In this document: in pieces, positions 59,006-64,000 of the stretch
Layout of the letters: every line of letters starts with the position of its first letter
Position numbering within the stretch: the stretch's first letter is position 1
Assembly: GCA_964491265.1 (NCBI GenBank)
Contig: CAZBFP010000002.1
Coordinates: 134,288 to 198,287, forward strand
Direction: 5' to 3'
DNA length: 64,000 bases
Source: an uncultured Leptospirales bacterium
GTDB lineage: Bacteria > Spirochaetota > UBA4802 > UBA5550
Translations under genes and position numbers: made by a program
The notes under the pieces: model-generated
Database searches by the model: none
What the model was told of the DNA's origin: nothing
The model's input: only the letters and a program-made list of their open reading frames with translations

Positions 59006-60082
59006 ATGAGTAAACAGTATGAAGCAATAGGCGAAAAAGCCAGAAAAATTGAAACTGCCCTTAAGTTTACTGACGGGGACATGGAGAAGGCCAAGCTTAT
59101 GGCTTCGGGCAAGCTTCATGACGTTGTTGTTATTAAGGGTAAATTTGTTGATCCTCAGAAGAATATTTCCGGAATTTTTCTCGCTTTTGTAAATATTGTA
59201 AATGAATATATTTCCGCCATAAAAACAGTGGAATCCAGTACAACCGGGGTTTTTACTATTATCAGGGTTTTTGACGACTGGAAACATCTCTACAACAGTC
59301 TTATGGCATATGAAAGCGGCCCTGATGCAGTAGATTCATCTAAGCTGAATGCAGATCTGCTCGATGCATTTATAAGAACAGATATATTCCCCGATGTCCA
59401 GAGTATGAATCTCGATTATCTTGCTGTGTCAATACAGGATATGGTTAAAACAAGCCTGGAATCGGAAAAGATCAAATGTCAGATTGAACTTGAAAAGACC
59501 AGCTCCATGGATGTGGAGCTTGCCGGAATAGATGTGATGGTCCCTTCATCTGAAGAGGATGAGGAAGAGGAGCAGAAATATGGGGAGAAGCCCCCTGAAA
59601 AGAAAGGCCCTCAGAGTGAATTTGAAAAGAAACTTGATGAAATCGAATCAAAGGCTTCATTTATAGTTGAAGGGAAATGTGTTCTTTCCCCTGTAAAAGG
59701 GAGATATATAAATGAAATTGCTGACGGGGAGAAGATGTTTGTGATTCTTCCAGGTAAGGATGAACTTTCCGAAAAAATAATTGATGCTTATAAGGCAAGG
59801 GATCATGAAGGGCGCCCTCTCCCTGTTGCAGGACGGGTAATTGAAAAAGTCCATATTGACGGCGGCGGACTGATATTATATGTTCTTGTTGCAAAGGGGA
59901 TTTATGCAAAAATCGTTGAAGAGGAAAATGTTAAAGTACAGACCGATTTAACTAAGAAAAAGGGGAGTGAAAGAAAAACTGAATCAGAAGAGAAAGATGC
60001 ACGCCCCATGATGAATATTTTTGTGTATATTATTTTTATCCTTATGATTATAGGCCTTATTGTCATTATAACAATGATGTAA
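59006..60082 (+). CDS. Hypothetical tail-anchored membrane protein with UBA-like N-terminus and acidic linker
   Basis: Start abuts the previous stop. N-terminal ALKFTDGDMEKAKLMAS resembles the UBA-like helix of EF-Ts/NAC. EEDEEEEQ acidic stretch. C-terminal TM IFVYIIFILMIIGLIVIITMM. Confidence 0.45.
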   Translation: MSKQYEAIGEKARKIETALKFTDGDMEKAKLMASGKLHDVVVIKGKFVDPQKNISGIFLAFVNIVNEYISAIKTVESSTTGVFTIIRVFDDWKHLYNSLMAYESGPDAVDSSKLNADLLDAFIRTDIFPDVQSMNLDYLAVSIQDMVKTSLESEKIKCQIELEKTSSMDVELAGIDVMVPSSEEDEEEEQKYGEKPPEKKGPQSEFEKKLDEIESKASFIVEGKCVLSPVKGRYINEIADGEKMFVILPGKDELSEKIIDAYKARDHEGRPLPVAGRVIEKVHIDGGGLILYVLVAKGIYAKIVEEENVKVQTDLTKKKGSERKTESEEKDARPMMNIFVYIIFILMIIGLIVIITMM

Positions 60083-60100
60083 TCAGGCGGTTCTGCTGAT

Positions 60101-60979
60101 ATGTTATCCGGCCGCTTAACCCTCCTTTTATTCATAATTCTCACTGCCTTACCCTTTACCTCCCTATTCCCCCAGATGCCTGACTGGACCTTCTTTAAGG
60201 ATAGAGAGGGGAATCAATACTATTATGACCGTGCCTTTAAAATAAGAATTACGGATGAACCTGATTTTAATTACCCCCCTGTTTCCGGAAAGGGGATAGA
60301 GTATTATTATAACTCAGGCCTTGAATACCTGGACAGGAGAGAGGTTGTTAAGGGTTTATACTTTTTTAAATCAATACTTGCGCTAAAGCAGCAGGATAAC
60401 CGTTTAAGGAAAATTCAGATAAATACAGTGGATCAGATCAGTTCACTGGAAAAGAGACATGGAACAAGGATGGAGGCTTTTGACAGGGAGAGTACCCTTC
60501 TGATACTGAAGGAGGGGGGATCTTTCAGGCTTATCAATGAAAAGCTCTTCTATGCTTTGACCCTTCCTGTTCCTGCGCGTCCATGGATCATCAGAAAGGG
60601 GTGGAAGTATTCAGATAAGGGTTACGGTCTGCAGTTTGGAGTTAACATGGACGGGAGTGGGAAGAAGGGCTACGATTTTGTGGCAGGGGTGGAAACACGG
60701 ATTCTCCCATTTGCAGCTGATACAGCAGATCAGGCTGAAGAGATATGGGTTAGAGATCTGGGGTCTGATGCATTTTCAAGAGAGCTTATAGAGAAGGGTG
60801 CAGAAAAAAAGATATATTTATACAAATATCCGGGTGACTCACCCTTCAGGGGGTATGAAGGGATTTATGTAAACAGGAATACGATTCATCTTGTACGGAT
60901 AATGTATCATGAAAATATGCATTCCTCAGTTGAGCAGATGGTTCAGGATATGATGAGCAGTTTTACTCTTGTAAGATGA
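60101..60979 (+). CDS. Secreted hypothetical protein (292 aa)
   Basis: Signal peptide LLLFIILTALPFTSLF. No recognisable domain. Last gene of the 5-gene plus-strand cluster. Confidence 0.45.
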   Translation: MLSGRLTLLLFIILTALPFTSLFPQMPDWTFFKDREGNQYYYDRAFKIRITDEPDFNYPPVSGKGIEYYYNSGLEYLDRREVVKGLYFFKSILALKQQDNRLRKIQINTVDQISSLEKRHGTRMEAFDRESTLLILKEGGSFRLINEKLFYALTLPVPARPWIIRKGWKYSDKGYGLQFGVNMDGSGKKGYDFVAGVETRILPFAADTADQAEEIWVRDLGSDAFSRELIEKGAEKKIYLYKYPGDSPFRGYEGIYVNRNTIHLVRIMYHENMHSSVEQMVQDMMSSFTLVR

Positions 60980-60980
60980 A

Positions 60981-61439
60981 TCAGTCTTTATATACAAGAG
61001 CGGTTTCGCTGCAGTTTTCTCTATCTTTGCATTTGGCACAGTCTTTCCATATTTTTTCCGGGAACTCCTCCCGTGATACTTCAAAAAAACCGTAATGCTT
61101 AAAAAAATCGGGTCTGTAGGTTAAAACGAATATTCTTGCTGAGGATTTTTCTCTTATACGATTGATAATAGCCTTGAGGAGCCTGCCGCCGATTCCCATA
61201 CTTCTGAATTCATTATGAACAGCAAGTGATCTTATCTCTTTAAGGTTCCCGTCGTAGTCATAAAATGTGGCAACACCTTTAAGTTCACCAGATATTTCTG
61301 CAACTATAAATGTGCCGAGATTTGAGCGTATATCCTCCCTCTCCCTTTCAAGGATTACACCAAGGAGGGCATAGTGTTTCAGAAGGGAGAAAATATCTTC
61401 AATATCCTTCTCTTCAGCTTCCCTTATTTTTACTTCCAT
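60981..61439 (-). CDS. GNAT-family N-acetyltransferase
   Basis: 152 aa. HNEFRSMGIGGRLLKAI (motif A) and a C-terminal FKHYGFFEV-type motif B. Confidence 0.7.
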   Translation of the reverse strand: MEVKIREAEEKDIEDIFSLLKHYALLGVILEREREDIRSNLGTFIVAEISGELKGVATFYDYDGNLKEIRSLAVHNEFRSMGIGGRLLKAIINRIREKSSARIFVLTYRPDFFKHYGFFEVSREEFPEKIWKDCAKCKDRENCSETALVYKD

Positions 61440-61453
61440 GACTCCTGCCGGAA

Positions 61454-62116
61454 TTAATTTCGTTTAATTATCTGGGCATTAGCCGGAAAGGGTTCCTCTT
61501 TGTAAAGAGAAATTTCTGTGAGAGCTTTGCGTGCATCACTTTCAGTTTTATAGGGGCCTGTGAATAGTCTGTAATTACCTTCATTTTTTGAAACAATAAC
61601 AGTGTGTCCTTTGGTGCTTAAATACCGGGCAACAGGTTTGAACTCAGATTCGTTAAAATCCTTTCCCACCAGGATTACAAATGGGAATTCATTTTTAGGG
61701 TATACTGCGTCAGCCGGTTTTGCTGTGCCGGTGCCTGCCTCCTTAACAATATCGCTTAGCCTGGTGCTTATATTTGTGACAGCATTGTAGGTGTTTTCAT
61801 CAACGATTTGTCTTTCAGCCCCGCCGGCGAACTTAATCCCTATAACCATGCCTGTGGTGAAAGAAATTATTATAAGGGCTGTTATGAAAGACAAAAGACG
61901 AACGGCTTTTTTCCGTGTACGTTCCTGCTCAATTTCATGAACTTTCGAGGTTTTAGAGAAAAATTCCGTGTCAACCTTTTCATATTGAGGAGCCATACAG
62001 CGTATGTTGCGGCCTTCGTAAAAATCCATGTTTTGCATATCAAACCCGTTATAATTAAAGAATAGAATATTAGAATGCGGGCAAACCCTGCATTTATATA
62101 TTCTATTTCGGCACAT
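61454..62116 (-). CDS. SPOR-domain membrane protein
   Basis: One TM (LLSFITALIIISF) and a C-terminal SPOR-like fold (FVILVGKDFNESEFKPVARYLSTKGHTVIVSKNEGNYRLFTGPYKTESDARKAL). The start is probably internal. Confidence 0.6.
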   Translation of the reverse strand: MCRNRIYKCRVCPHSNILFFNYNGFDMQNMDFYEGRNIRCMAPQYEKVDTEFFSKTSKVHEIEQERTRKKAVRLLSFITALIIISFTTGMVIGIKFAGGAERQIVDENTYNAVTNISTRLSDIVKEAGTGTAKPADAVYPKNEFPFVILVGKDFNESEFKPVARYLSTKGHTVIVSKNEGNYRLFTGPYKTESDARKALTEISLYKEEPFPANAQIIKRN

Positions 62117-62216
62117 GGAATTCTCTTGTTTAGTAAAAGATTTTTCTGAAGAGGTATGATTGAAGGAAAAAAATTATGTATAGTGAAATCGGCAGGTAAT
62201 TGTGGTTTTATCCGCC

Positions 62217-63299
62217 TCAAGGGCGGTTTATTTCAAATTTTTTCATAAAATCTATTAAGGCCTCTACACCTTTAACCGGCATGGCATTATAGATGCTGGC
62301 CCGTATGCCGCCGGCATTTTTATGCCCCTGCAGGTTTACAAGACCCTCTTTTTCCGCTTCCTTCACAAAAAGGGTATCCATATCCTTTGATCCTGTTGAA
62401 AAAGTAACATTCATCATGGAGCGGAAATTTTTGTCTATGTTCCCCTTAAATAATGAAGAGTTATCAATAAAATCGTATAGGAGTGCTCCCTTTTCTCTGT
62501 TAATCTGCTCAATGGCATTGATACCGCCAAGTTTTTTAAGCCACTTAAAAACAAGCCCTGCCAGATAGATAGAATAGGTCGGGGGTGTGTTGAAAAGGGA
62601 CCTGGCAGCTGAGTGTACTTTAAAATTGAGCATGGACGGCAGATTTTCAGGTATCCTTTCATAGAGAGCTTTGTCTATTATTACAATAGTGACACCTGCA
62701 GGCCCGATATTTTTCTGGGCGCCTGCAAAAATAATACCGAATTTCGATACATCATAATTTTCTGAAAGAATGGATGATGACATATCCGCTATCAGGGGGA
62801 GTTTACCTGTATCAGGAATTTCCTTATAGCAGGTGCCGTATATGGTGTTGTTCCAGCATATGTGAACATAATCAGTATCTTTGCTGAAATTAAACTTCGA
62901 CTTATCAGGTATTCGTGAAAAATTTATCCCTTCAGAAGAGGCTGCAATATGGACTTTGCCAATTTTCTCAGCTTCTGTTATGGCTTTTTGAGTCCATATA
63001 CCTGTGTTTATAATGTCGCATTTTTTATTCACTGTCATAATATTCATTGGGATCATTGTAAACTGCAGTGATGCGCCCCCCTGGAGAAAAAGCACATCAT
63101 AATTATCAGGGATATTCATCAGCTCCCTTAATAGAGATTCAGCCTCGTTTATAATATTTTCGTAAACCGCAGATCTGTGACTCATCTCCATAACAGACAT
63201 TCCGCTGCTGCCGAATTCCAGCATCTCATTTGATGCCTGAATAAGCACCTCTTCCGGAAGAACTGCGGGACCTGCTGAAAAATTATAAACTCTTGCCAT
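62217..63299 (-). CDS. serC: Phosphoserine aminotransferase
   Basis: YNFSAGPAVLPEEVL N-terminus, 360 aa, class V aminotransferase layout typical of SerC. Confidence 0.85.
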   Translation of the reverse strand: MARVYNFSAGPAVLPEEVLIQASNEMLEFGSSGMSVMEMSHRSAVYENIINEAESLLRELMNIPDNYDVLFLQGGASLQFTMIPMNIMTVNKKCDIINTGIWTQKAITEAEKIGKVHIAASSEGINFSRIPDKSKFNFSKDTDYVHICWNNTIYGTCYKEIPDTGKLPLIADMSSSILSENYDVSKFGIIFAGAQKNIGPAGVTIVIIDKALYERIPENLPSMLNFKVHSAARSLFNTPPTYSIYLAGLVFKWLKKLGGINAIEQINREKGALLYDFIDNSSLFKGNIDKNFRSMMNVTFSTGSKDMDTLFVKEAEKEGLVNLQGHKNAGGIRASIYNAMPVKGVEALIDFMKKFEINRP

Positions 63300-63350
63300 T
63301 ACATTTACCTGAAAGTTATTTTTTTAATATCAGTATAAATTTGTGGGTGG

Positions 63351-63437
63351 TGTCATTCCCGCGCATGCGGGAATCTCATAATTTCTGATTTTTTCATGAG
63401 ATTCCCGCATTCCGTTTTCGCTCCAGCCGGAATGACA
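63351..63437. mobile_element. Miniature 87-bp palindromic element (family 2), copy 2
   Basis: TGTCATTCCCGCGCATGCGGGAATCTCATAA...CATGAGATTCCCGCATTCCG...CAGCCGGAATGACA. Same length and about 85% identical to 33793-33879. Confidence 0.7.
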
Positions 63438-63565
63438 ATAAATGTGTATACAACCCGAAAATAAACTGTTACTATCTTTTAGAATATCATTAATAAGTTT
63501 TTTATTCTTGAAAATGACAACTATTTTTTTAAATATGTCATTTTACGTGATATTATCAAAAAAAA

Positions 63566-63763
63566 CAGTGTTAATTCCTTAATTATTTTGTAGAATTAAA
63601 TGCTGAGATACCCCCACCGCCGAAGGGGGGCTTCAAGGCTGTGTTATTAAACTTTAAAAGAGTTTAAAAGTCCCCCTCCGGGGGCTTAACTTAATGACAT
63701 TGAGGCGGCGGGGTATTGAAAACAGCATTATTACACAATAAAGTATCTTCAGGAATAATTACT
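63566..63763 (+). repeat. Promoter-like repeat family 3, copy C, with split GC hairpin carrying a nested 77-bp insertion
   Basis: Ends GTGTTAATTCCTTAATTATTTTG...AGGAATAATTACTG. The GC hairpin halves at 63609-63625 and 63703-63716 are separated by an insert with its own CCCCCTCCGGGGG palindrome and GGGGGCTT direct repeats. 34 bp upstream of the 63797 ATG. Confidence 0.5.
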
Positions 63764-63796
63764 GAAATAAAAAACAATTATATTAAGAGGAATTTT

Positions 63797-64000
63797 ATGG
63801 CTAAAATAAGGGCTTTCAGGGGATTAAGACCAGGGGATAATCTGGCAGATAAGATAGCGGCACTCCCCTATGATGTAGTCTCCTTTGAGGAGGCGGCAGA
63901 AATCGCGGGTGATAATCCCTACTGCTTTTTTCACATATCAAGGGCAGAAATAGATCTCCCCCCCGATACAGACCCCTATTCACGGACAGTTTATGAGAAG
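63797..64000 (+). CDS. Partial CDS (runs off-window): DUF1015 family protein
   Basis: MAKIRAFRGLRPGDNLADKIAALPYDV resembles the DUF1015 N-terminus. This family is frequently linked to serC/serA. Confidence 0.5.
   Translation, partial: MAKIRAFRGLRPGDNLADKIAALPYDVVSFEEAAEIAGDNPYCFFHISRAEIDLPPDTDPYSRTVYEK

Noticed and set aside
1-64000. CRISPR arrays, integrase or transposase genes, prophage genes, rRNA or tRNA genes
   Set aside because: No regularly spaced direct repeats and no recognisable recombinase, phage structural or RNA genes were seen. The mobile DNA here is all non-autonomous small elements, plus the GIY-YIG-carrying element.

Overview
This window reads as a low-GC (about 40%) bacterial chromosome segment with an anaerobic, fermentative or syntrophic gene content. 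No rRNA genes, tRNA genes or CRISPR arrays were found.

Housekeeping and metabolic genes: selenocysteine machinery selA-selB, coaX, a hemC plus cobA/hemD-fusion operon, the guanidinium/SMR exporter sugE, a multicopper oxidase, a flavodiiron protein, a MerR-regulated pair of acyl-CoA dehydrogenases, a CoA-transferase, serC, and a sigma-54 two-component system placed upstream of a TRAP dicarboxylate transporter (dctPQM) and a malic enzyme, with a near-consensus -24/-12 promoter in front of dctP.

Accessory content: a HipB/HipS/HipT-like tripartite toxin-antitoxin operon with two palindromic operator-like sites, a solo HicB-like gene, an ECF sigma / anti-sigma / VWA module, tandem DUF1566 lipoproteins, a GNAT-histone-deacetylase fusion gene, and an HK-REC-PP2C hybrid sensor. 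At least five truncated gene remnants are present.

Repeats: several families of small structured repeats, in places nested inside one another.
- A roughly 200-bp MITE with hairpin-containing terminal inverted repeats (3 copies).
- An 87-bp palindromic element with two miniature copies and a third copy whose central loop carries a complete 95-aa GIY-YIG nuclease gene. This looks like the autonomous form of a previously undescribed mobile element.
- A promoter-like repeat, with about 95 bp shared sequence, sitting just upstream of genes (3 copies).
- A GC-rich mini-hairpin family.
- A roughly 350-bp nested palindrome.
- A roughly 210-bp IR-flanked element.

A repeat-laden 700-bp gap precedes a tight 5-gene operon at 57086-60979: a STAS-like plus GHKL-ATPase fusion, a DUF4325 STAS-like protein with a winged HTH, and three unknown proteins. 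This is the best candidate here for an uncharacterised system.
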